From NCBI GenBank assembly GCA_022813865.1, contig JALDZX010000111.1, positions 1 to 34,284 on the forward strand: a DNA stretch of 34,284 nucleotides. Direction: 5' to 3'. Positions 24,259-34,284 of this stretch are shown piece by piece; the first letter of the stretch is position 1, and each line of letters opens with the position of its first letter. Both the position numbers and the translations under genes were made by a program. The notes below the pieces were generated by a model. That model was not told the DNA's origin. It ran no database searches and saw only the letters and a program-made list of their open reading frames with translations. Source of the DNA: Xylographa opegraphella. Lineage: Eukaryota.

Positions 24259-27200
24259 ATAATAGTTTATCAGAATTGTCAGAACAGGTTTCTGCTACTA
24301 CCTTAACTCCCCCGCGATAATTATACGTCATGGTTTATTCAGGTCGAAGATATTCTCGAATCAAAAGGCATCGAATATATATTTATCACTACTAAAGAGT
24401 CATACTGCCTGATTGCTTAATTTCAAAAAATTTTTACTATCGATGCTTCAATACCTTTATTTTCAAATGTATTGACCTCATCAGACGAAAATCGCGATAC
24501 ATCCTTTTAGTTCCCCAAACAGACTTTAAATATCGAGAAGGAACAAAAATGGAAGCAGGATAACGTTAAAGCGAAAGTCATCGTTCGTAAAGGACTGGGG
24601 GAGTTCGATAAAAAGGACGTACTAGGCATAAAAACGGCAAAAAAGATATAGAAGTACCTCAAAGGCAAATACTTCGATACTCGTTTTTTAATAAAAAGTA
24701 TTTCACTCAACGAGCTTACGACATATAAGGTTCAAGATGAAAAAATAATTAATGAAGCATGGGTTGATTTAAAACAAATACGCAGCAAGGTGATTCAGGC
24801 CCTATCGGCTATAAAGATTGCGTTTAAAAATAAATAATTATTTTAAATTCTTATTCGCGGTCTTCCATATGAATACACCACTATACGCGATAATATTCGA
24901 ACCCTGATGAACGTCACCGTCGAAAACAGGCTCCGATTACTACGCGATAAAGAAGATAAACTTAAAAGATCTGAGCAAGCAATGGCAGCAAAGCAGTCGA
25001 AATTCCTGATTACTTAGAAGGACGAACGTCGCTCGCAACCCCAGAAGCGTTCAAAATCGCGACGTAGTTAATCATCAGGAAGCGATAGTGATTTACCCAG
25101 GACCAAATGCTTTATCTGCAAGGATGCGACCCACTACGTGGTGGCATGCCCATTCCTATCGAATGCCCAGAGCTATACTAAACGAGAGCTTTCAAGATTA
25201 AGTCAGCGAAAACCCGTCAAGAAGTCCCGCGAGCGCGCACCTTATCGCTACTATAAAAACAAGAAGAAGCGACGTATTTACAACGCTAAATCAGACACTA
25301 GCGAGGAGGACCTTAATAACAGTGATGCCGACAACGATAAAAATATCGAGGTTGCTGCTGTTTCTCGCGACGCGGCCAGTAAAATTCCTTATTTAAAATA
25401 AATTACGAACTCCGGGGCATCATTTTATATAATTAACAATCTTTAACTATTTAATAGCGCCCTAATATTAATTATTCGCCGAATAATAAAAATCGGAGGA
25501 GGAAAGCTATACACTACTAAAGTAGGGAAGGCAGTATTAAAAATAAATAATAAAAGTCGTTTTATTTTGTTAAGAGTTTATTATATCCCTGGTTTTAATA
25601 TAAATTTTCTATTAAAGATGAAGCTATACAAAGGAGGTCTTGAAGGGGAGCTTTAATGAAAATATTTTAAAGATGAAAACCCTTTTTGATCGAACGATAA
25701 TTAAAGCCACGAAGCTTTAAAGAGTGTATATAATTAACTAAATATATAAAATTATTAATTAAGAGTTCGTTTTGAATGCTTATAATCCAATATGCCAATT
25801 CGATAGTAACAATGCAGTCATGAATGCCGAGAGTTTTAATAATATCGACCTTCCAGGTGTAATATTTAAAAGTTCAAATAATTTTAGCACGACATCTATA
25901 ATCTCCACAGGCTCTTTAACAAGTTTTATATAAAAAAAATAATAACCTTTGACATCGCCGTTTTGCTTATTTTAACCTTAATATTATTCGAAAATTTTAC
26001 AAAGTGATTACCCTAGTCGATAAAATAATAGTATTAATATTAAATAAATTATGCGAAATATACGTAATTACGAAAATACAAAATTGAACAAGCAAGCTGC
26101 TAAGTTTACGAAAACTTAATGCTCTTGATTTTATATCGATTGACATATGCGGCTCATTATTATTATCATTAAATGGCAACTGCTACTTTATTGAAATCGT
26201 TGACAACGCCACGCGAAAGATATAATCTCTTTTAATTGCTAAAAGGTAAAATGCCTTTATAATAATAAAAAAATAGAAAATAATAATAAAACTTTAAAAA
26301 GGCTTAAAGGTCAAAGTCGTACGCAGCGATAACGCCATAAAGTTAAAAAAAACTCTGCTTCCGGGAGATTAATTTTGCAATTAAATTACAGCTTATTATC
26401 CCGTATATTTTAAATCAAAATGATGTCGTTAAACGCGCAATTTAAACAACCGAGGGGAATACCAGGGCTATGCTTCAAAATACTAAATTACTATTAAAGT
26501 TTTAGAATAAAGCAGTGAAAGCTGATGCGTATTTTCGCAATTGCATAGTATATGAACTCAAGATCGATGGCGAAATAATTAATTTCGAATAAGTATAAAC
26601 TGGAAAAAAACTTTTTATCGATTATATTAAAGTCTGGGGCTGTAAGTGCTATATTTATATAAATTCGAAGTCACTGCCTGCGAAAGAACGATATAATAAG
26701 CTGATAAGTCGAGGTCGAGTATATATTTTTATGGGTTATAATTAAAATATTACGAAACAATACTAAATCTACGCTCTCGATATATATTAATATATTACAG
26801 TATCAAGAGTAATATTCGAGGAATACACTTTTAAGGGAGCAGTGAATTTTTAGTTTTTAATCAAGATAAATACCTAAGAAACCTTTAACGAAATATCAAA
26901 TCGACGTTTACGAAACAGATCAACGAATATAAATAAACGCCAGTTATTACTCAAGTTATTTAACAAAAAGTTTATTAAAAAAGTTATTTCTTTAGCTATA
27001 AATTCGAGAACCGCAATACCCGACGAGTATACTGATTAAAGCCCCGTCGAAGGTTTTACGTTATTAATACGGGCCCGCGAATATTTAAATAAATTTTTTT
27101 TGAATATAATACCTGGAAGTTCGAACGTACTGATTAATATACGCGATGCGGACTTTTTAAATATAATATTCAAAAGTTCGAAATTTATTTAAATATCGCA

Positions 27201-28930
27201 ATTAAGATTATTTCTGCGAGTCGAAATTCCGCGAGGGATAAAGCGATTAAGAGACGAAAACCTCGATTACGACGAAAGCGTTGCCAAGTATATACGATGT
27301 ATAATAACCCTAGTCGTATAGAAAAATACCGACGATGATTCGAAATTCGATTTAAATACAGTTTTTAATACTGTTTCGATTCCAGAAACATACGCGAAGG
27401 CGATAAACGACCTCAAGTATAATAAAAACTGATAGAAAATTATTAAAATTAAGGTTAAAACTTTTAAAGCTAATAAAATATGGGAATTAAGAAATCGATC
27501 CGTTGAACGAAATTTAATTATAAATAAATAAATATTTGCCGTTAAATATATTATTTAGGGCAAGATCGAAGGGTTTAAAACATGCTTAATTATACGCGGC
27601 TTCTTTCAAATTTACGAAATCGATTACGATAAAATCTTTGCTTTTATTATTAAAATGAATACGCTTCGTATTGTAATAATTATTATCGCCCTGGAAAACC
27701 TTGAATGTCATTAAACGAATATTAGCAATGCCTTTATCGAACCAAAATTTAATGAAAAAATATATATGTCCTTATTTAATGGCATGATATTATCACCCGG
27801 CAAAGTACTTCGTTTAAAACGCAGTTTATACGATTTAAAATAAGCAGCAAAAAACTGATTTAACAACGCGGTTTCGCAGTGCGAGCTTCTAATATTCAAG
27901 TAATATTGAACGAACCTATATCTATTATTTCACAGCGAAAAGGCAGTCATTTTAATAATATACGTAAACGATATGATTATCGCGGCGAAAAAGCTATCGT
28001 TTATATCCTGATTTAAGAAAAAGTTATTAAAAATCTTTAAGACTAAGGACCTAAAGAAGATTAATAAAGTTCTTGACATAAAGATTACTCGCGATAAAAA
28101 GAATAAAACACTAATTATAAATTAATTACGCTACATCAACAAGATATTAAATTACGCAGGTATAACTCACGAAAAGTACGCGAAAACCAAAATCCCGATA
28201 AATAATTACGATTATATAAGGTTTAAAACAGTAAACAATCAGGATTTCAATTCGAAAAAATATTAAAAAATAATCGAAAGTATTATACACGTGATAATGT
28301 ATACGCGATTTGATATAACCTTCGCGCTCGAAAAGCTGAATCAGTATATAAAAAACTTAGCGAAATATCACGAGCACGGCGTTAAAGGACTACTGCGGTA
28401 TTTACAATCGTTATTTGATTTATGTATTTGATTCGACCCTTGCAAAGATCAAAGTCTTCTTAAATAAATTAATATAAATTACGCGGCTAGCCTGATTAAT
28501 CGCAAATCAATATTTAAATACTTTTTTAAGCTCGCTGGGGAAGCTATATCATAGGTAAATCAAAAGCAAAAGTCTGTAGTTACGTTAACAACGAAAGTCG
28601 AATACGTAAAATTATCAATTAAAGCGAAGCAAGCGTAATAACTAATTCAATTATTTCGCGAACTCGAATACCCGTAATACATAAACAATAACCTTTACTG
28701 CGCGAAACTGCGTGGCGACAACAACGACTTACTAACACTGGTTAATAATTACGTTATTAATAAACGATCAAACTATATTAATATCGCTTACTACTATATT
28801 CGCGACTTAAAGAAACAAGGTCGAATTCGAGTCATTTACATATTTACATGAGAAATAACGACTGATAAACTAATAAAGTCGTTGCAAGCAGTTGATTTCG
28901 AACGCTTTGTTAACATGCTGAACTTAATAA
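24259..28930 (+). pseudogene. Ty1/Copia gag-pol polyprotein pseudogene (Copia-1), moderately mutated, with stops and frameshifts
   Basis: DNYTSWF at 24316; zinc knuckle CFICKDATHYVVAC at 25108-25149; protease *ITNSGAS at 25399; L*HRRFA at 25947. Integrase: SIDICG ~26136, VRSDNA ~26319, VWGCKCY ~26632. RT: RGFFQ...IDY ~27595, SLYDLK*A ~27823, YVND 27961-27972. RNase H: KQKSV.T.TT..EY ~28564 and YINIAYYYIRD ~28774. The order PR-IN-RT-RH is the Copia order. Confidence 0.96.
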
Positions 28931-28977
28931 ATCGGGGGAGTACTGAACCTTATACCATCGCAAGGTCTGCGAGGGAG

Positions 28978-29168
28978 TATTGATTAATAAAAGCATCACT
29001 TGCTAATAGGCATAAAGGAATACCTGAAGATTAATTTTATTTATATATAGCGTAATTCAGTATTAGCGCAGAAGATATATATTATATTCTCGTGATTTAT
29101 ATCGAATCTCATCGAATATACGATTACTGTTGCCCTCGCTCTGATTCAAATACACGTGCCTTTTAATA
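28978..29168 (+). repeat. Copia-1 3' LTR (191 bp)
   Basis: Directly follows the purine tract and aligns over its full length with 32847-33037. Confidence 0.92.
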
Positions 29169-29974
29169 ATATATATAATAAAAATAATTAAGTTAATACA
29201 TAGTTAATTATTACTCGTAAAAATAACGTATATATTATTTAAATTTTTTTTTAATAATTTCGTCTTAGCTATTTTTATTCGTAGTAAAATCGAGGGTATA
29301 TTATTTAAATAAAATACAAAAACGATTTAATTTCCCGAGCCAGTCAACGTTTTTATGATTAATTAACAATAATTTAAATTATTAATTAACAACATAAATT
29401 TTACGTTTAAAATTTTTTTTTTACGTCGCTTAAAAATAATATAATTTAAAATATAAAATATATTTTTTAGTATCGTTCTTTCGCGTATTTAAAATATATT
29501 AAAGTAAAGAATTTATGTAGAATAATTAAAATTAAAAAATTAATTATCGTTTTATAAACTATCGATTATATCTGCGAAATTTAGGTTTTTTTTATTTTAA
29601 AATTGAAAGAATTACGTTATAAATAAACGTAAATTCAAAATTTTTATTTTTATTTTAATTAATATATATAAATCCTCATTAATATTTCGTGAAAACTGCT
29701 TTTACTTTTTTTAATGTTAAATAATTAATTTAAAAGAATCTAAAATATTTTATTAAAATCAAAATGAAACGCAATCGCCGAGCTAAATAGATAAAAATAA
29801 ATAATAAAATTTCAATTTGAAATAAAACTTATAATAACTTATAATAGTAACGTTTTTAAATTTATGCTTATTTTAGATAATTTAAAAATAAATATTAAAA
29901 TCGTGTCGCAATATATAATAATTTTTAAATTAATATAAAATAACGTTATTAAACGATTAATATAAATTTTAAAG

Positions 29975-30222
29975 TGTTACGGCTCGCTATCTCACCAGAA
30001 AAGCAGGCCTAGAACCACAGCTATAGGTGAGCGATTTCAACCTAGATTAATATAAGGAAGCAAGTTTAGTAATACACGTAGAAGTTAAGATAAACAGTGC
30101 TAACGCCAAGACTCCTAACCGCTTTCGAACTAGCCTGAGTCCCGGACGCGCTTTAGTCCCGGACGCGCTTTAGTCCCGTTCCGTCTATCACTTATTAAGG
30201 TGCCATGTAACACGCCGTTACA
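29975..30222 (+). repeat. Solo LTR related to family F, with 5-bp TSD TAAAG
   Basis: TGTTACGGC...GCCGTTACA, with TAAAG at 29970-29974 and 30223-30227. It contains a 17-bp tandem AGTCCCGGACGCGCTTT (~2.4 copies, ~30138-30178). Confidence 0.93.
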
Positions 30223-32128
30223 TAAAGAATTTAATACGCCTTATACTTAAAAATATAAAAGATTTCGTTAAATCTTAAATAAAAATCGAATTCATTAACG
30301 TTTATTTAAAAAAAAAATCGATACTGATTTTATAATTAACGACAAATCAATATTATTTAAAAAAAACCTAAATAACTATTACTTTTAATATTAAATATAT
30401 TAAAATTTGAAGATATAAATATTATTTTTATATCGATTTGAAATTAAAACGTTTTAAAAAAAATTATACCGCGCGGTCGTACAGGGATATTTATAAAATA
30501 TATTAACGAAATTAATAAATAATAATATTTATAAATATCGAATCTATAACGCGTTAATAAAAATTACGCGATAAAATTCGAAAGAAAATATTTAAAAAAT
30601 CGATTAATTTTAAACTTTTAAAATAAATTACGAGTATTTTACCTATTCAAAACCCTGTAAAAAACCTCGTATATCATACACAGGCAATATAAATGTTATA
30701 TTAATTAAAAGAAACTCGTTGAAAAACTTCGAAATTTTTTTTAAAATTTATAAAAAATTTAAATAATTAATTACGCCTAAAGATTTATTAAATAAATCTT
30801 TTCGTTAATTTAATTTTTTTTATTAGCAATTGAATCTTTTTTATATATAATGATTTTTAAGCGATACGACTCGATCGATTAAAATATTTGAAATACGTCA
30901 TTAATTGTTAAATTTTTTTTAATTTTTTAATTTTTTTTAGCAAGGTTAATTTCGATAATAATTCATTATTATAAATCTTCTTCGTTTTAATTTAAATAAA
31001 TATTATTATTAAAGAATTATTTTTAACTTTAAAAAACATTCGATAAAATAAATTTTATCAATTAAAATTAAAAAATAGTAAAAATATCTCGGGTTAATTT
31101 AAAGAATTTATTAGTTTATATCGAAATTTTTTTAATTATATAATATAAATAGCACTTTTAGCGAAAAACGATAAAAAACGACGAATTAATTATAGAAATA
31201 AATATCGTTTTTAATTTATTAATTTATAAAAAAACAAGTAACAATTTAAAATAAAGAAAATTCAAAAGAAAGTTATAAACGCGAAAATTGTCGTATTCGT
31301 GTTTAACGAAATTCAAAAAAATTATTAAAAAACGTCAATATTATTCTAAATAACTGAATATTTAAATCAAAACTTTACGCTAATAATTTGTTGAATAAGA
31401 TTAAAATTTATATTATAATAAAAAACTTCTTTTAGATATACGGCGTAAACTACGAAAATATTTTTTTTAATTATAAAATAGGATACGTTTTGCCTTTTCC
31501 GCGTTAATAATTATAATAAATTTAAAATACGGTTAAATAAACGTTAATAATATCTTTATGGAATTCTTTTTAAAAAGAAATTATGTATTATTTTTATTAA
31601 CAATTAAACTTAAAATAAAATATAATTTAAAAATATTACGAAATCTTTACGACTTTAAGCAAGGAATTCGTAATGAATATAAATTCTATATTTCAAATGT
31701 GAAATAAATCGATTTTAAATAATATAATATTAATTTTATTTATTGATTTATTTTAACAAGGGGATTTAATTATTCTTATACGTAAACGATATTAAAATTG
31801 CAGTATTTTATTAAATTAAAATTAATTAATTTACAATTAAATTCGCAAGATTCTTTAAATTAAATACTTAAATTACGCGCGATAAAAAATCCTTTAATTC
31901 GTTTAAACTAAATTTGTTATTTAAAAATAAATTCGCAAAACTTTTTAAAATTAAAAATCTAAAAAAATTTAAAATACACGCAATAAAAAATCGTTTAATT
32001 CATTTAAATTAAATTTATTATTTAAAAAAAGTTTTCACAAAGTTATATATTAACATCGATAAATATAAACTACTAAAATGTTTAATAAATCATTATAATT
32101 CACTTCGATTACCCGGTCTTAAAGGTAA

Positions 32129-32414
32129 AAATATTAATTCACGTAAATATTAATTCACGTAAATATTAATTCACGTAAATATTAATTCACGTAAATATTA
32201 ATTCACGTAAATATTAATTCACGTAAATATTAATTCACGTAAATATTAATTCACGTAAATATTAATTCACGTAAATATTAATTCACGTAAATATTAATTC
32301 ACGTAAATATTAATTCACGTAAATATTAATTCACGTAAATATTAATTCACGTAAATATTAACTCACGTAAATATTAATTAACGTAAATATTAATTAACGT
32401 AAATATTAATACGT
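32129..32414. repeat. 16-bp minisatellite (AAATATTAATTCACGT)n inside the Copia-2 RT region
   Basis: 17 full units at 32129-32400 plus a partial unit. Variants occur only in the last three units. Confidence 0.98.
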
Positions 32415-32846
32415 AATTAAAACTTTAAGATACGTAATTATATATACCCGTTTTAATATCGTTTTTATTTTAAAAAGGTTAAATTAATATTTAAATAATT
32501 TTAAAAAATATTACGGTCGCGTATTAAAAACTTTACTTCGTTACGTTCGAGCGACGATTAATTTTGAAGTAATTTATAAAAATGAAAACTTTCTTAATTT
32601 CATTAATTATTTTAATTTTCATGACGCGATAAATTAATAAAATCGATATTTTATTTTTAAATATATATATATATTTAGCGAAGGTTTATTTATTTAAATA
32701 AATTAAAAGCAAAAATTAATATTTATTTTAATTAATCAAATTAAATCTATAACCCTGTCAAATTACGCGAAAAAGAATTTTAAATTATATAATTAACTAA
32801 AAACTTTGACTGCAATAAATATTTAAATATTAAATTAAATAATCTT

Positions 32847-33037
32847 TGTTAATTGGTAGAAGCATCACTTGCTGGTAGGCATAAAGGAATACCTGAAGGC
32901 TAGTTCTATTTATGTATAGCGTAGTTCAGTACTAGCGTAGGAGGTATATGTCACGTTGTCGTGGCCTATACCGAACTTCACCGAATATACGATTACTGTT
33001 GCCCCCGCCCTGATCCAAATACACGTGCCTTTTAATA
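32847..33037 (+). repeat. Solo LTR of the Copia-1 family inserted in Copia-2 RNase H
   Basis: 191-bp match to 28978-29168 and less mutated than it. The flanks ATCTT and ATATT give a 4/5 TSD match. Confidence 0.9.
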
Positions 33038-33316
33038 ATATTAATATAATAAAAAATAATCCATATTAAAAGATTCGTCAATATAATTGAAAAACAATGA
33101 AATATTATTAATATTAATGTCAAACTTTTATATTTATAAAAAATCGAAGTATATTGACGTTGCCTATTATTTTGTTAAAATCTTTTATTAAAAAAATTTA
33201 ATCCAAATTAATCTCGTATTTATATAAAATATAATCGTAAATAAATTAATTAAATTACTGCTTAAACCTAGCTTTAAAAAATTTATTATTATAATTACAT
33301 AAATTTTAAAAATAAT

Positions 33317-33375
33317 AAATATTAACAAATATTAATAAATATTAAGAAATATTAATAGATATTAATAAATATTAA
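33317..33375. repeat. 10-bp tandem (AAATATTAAT)n, about 6 copies
   Basis: Visible tandem with single-base variants, just after the end of the Copia-2 coding remnant. Confidence 0.85.
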
Positions 33376-34130
33376 ATAAAAAATTTAAATACAACGTCGT
33401 TTAATAAAATATTTTTTATATTGCTTGAAAGTAACATAAGCGTTAATTTATTATTTAATTATTATAGTTATTAAATTAACGTCATTATTAATTTAATATA
33501 ATCGTTAAATTGTAAAGAAATTCATAGGAAGTCCGCAGCAGTCTAGGTAAATAAACCAAAAAGTAAACAAAAGAATTGAATTGAAATCGTAACTGATTCA
33601 AGCCTTTATTAAATAAAATTATTATTCGTTCGACAGAAAGTGAAAAAAAATTAATTACCGTTGTGACTTTACTGCTTTATCGTTATATTAAAATACATGA
33701 GAAAGGAAACTTCAAATCCGAAAACGCCCAAAAAACTCGCCTCGAATTCACTACAAAATTAACGTAATCGTGTATAAAAAAGCCTTTTTTTGAAAAAAGC
33801 AATCTTTTTACGTATTTTGACAAATTGTTCAATAAAGCATTGATTTCACCATTTTAATTCCATTTATTCATTTAAATTTAAAAAAACAATAACAAAAACG
33901 TTAGTTTAACGTTTTAATTAAATTACGATCGAACGTTTACGTATATTAAAATATGAAAGAAATAAAATAAATATCGAGGAATAATTATAAAATAATAAAA
34001 AATTAAATTAAATTCTTTATTTATATTTGAAAAAAATTAATAAATAACGTAAATAAATAAATCATTAAATAAAGTTCAATAAAATGAAAAGGTTCTGATT
34101 AATACTGTGTGGAAACAGGGGTCGAAGGAA

Positions 34131-34207
34131 CCATGATTCGATGCCTTCGTTGCCTCCCTGGCCTCGGCCACGGAGGCATGGGAGGCATGGGAGGCATGGG
34201 AGGCATT
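34131..34207. repeat. GC-rich inverted array of 9-bp units forming a potential hairpin
   Basis: The core TGCCTCC-C-TGGCC-TC-GGCCA-C-GGAGGCA is self-complementary. It is followed by GGGAGGCAT x3 and preceded by degenerate ATGCCTCCC units. Confidence 0.85.
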
Positions 34208-34223
34208 TTAGAACAGGACTTTT

Positions 34224-34284
34224 TGTGACGGCTATGACATCAGTCACAAGTAATAGGGGTCGGGCTGGATCAGGACTAGCACCT
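34224..34284 (-). repeat. Partial family F LTR running off the window end
   Basis: Its reverse complement equals 23913-23973 except for two adjacent transitions (CATAGCCG vs CATAATCG). Confidence 0.93.

Larger units (their letters stand above)
24229..29168 (+). mobile_element. Ty1/Copia LTR retrotransposon Copia-1 (no matching 5' LTR seen)
   Basis: Complete domain set, purine tract GAGGGAG at 28971-28977 and a 3' LTR at 28978-29168. Confidence 0.93.
29169..33300 (+). mobile_element. Older, heavily mutated Ty1/Copia remnant (Copia-2) carrying two solo LTRs and a minisatellite
   Basis: YGVNYE ~31439, NLYDFKQ ~31641, LYVNDI 31776-31793, YTRFNI (=YTRPDI) ~32443, LLRYV ~32533, SKYIDVAYYFV ~33144, and IVNKLIK (=ADGLTK-type) ~33234. 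Confidence 0.87.

Noticed and set aside
24507..27899. Minus-strand ORFs 24507-24710, 25997-26179 and 27711-27899
   Set aside because: They are antisense to clear Copia gag-pol motifs on the plus strand.
32129..32414. TCACGT array as centromeric CDEI/E-box sites
   Set aside because: The unit has CACGTA rather than CACGTG and derives from Copia RT codons.
32932..34247. Minus-strand ORFs 32932-33123 and 34065-34247
   Set aside because: Each crosses an LTR junction, and the PCL repeat comes from the 9-bp tandem.
1..34284. AT-rich bacterial, organellar or alternative-genetic-code origin
   Set aside because: Stops fall at conserved Trp and Gln codons alongside D>N and G>K/E changes, which indicates transition hypermutation. 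All recognisable content is LTR retrotransposon.

Overview
A gene-free, extremely AT-rich block made almost entirely of nested, decayed LTR retrotransposons. It most likely comes from heterochromatin of a filamentous ascomycete fungus. Paralogous copies differ almost only by C>T/G>A changes: TGG and CAA codons become TAA, and YxDD becomes YxND/YxNN. This is the signature of repeat-induced point mutation (RIP). I can resolve two chromodomain-bearing Ty3/Gypsy families (A and B), which are nested into each other in both orders. There are also fragments of further Gypsy elements, two Ty1/Copia elements (one lightly and one heavily mutated), several solo LTRs (some with 5-bp target-site duplications, TSDs), and many micro/minisatellites that arose inside the dead elements. 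No intact host gene, RNA gene or CRISPR array is supported; of the 15 supplied ORFs only 25138-25401 is real coding remnant (Copia gag). The most interesting signals are: (1) an apparent RIP context rule that spares CG, CWG and many GC sites; (2) a GC-rich island built from exactly those contexts; (3) satellites that RIP appears to have seeded, including one at a protease catalytic motif. All alignments and translations were done by eye, so internal boundaries are approximate.
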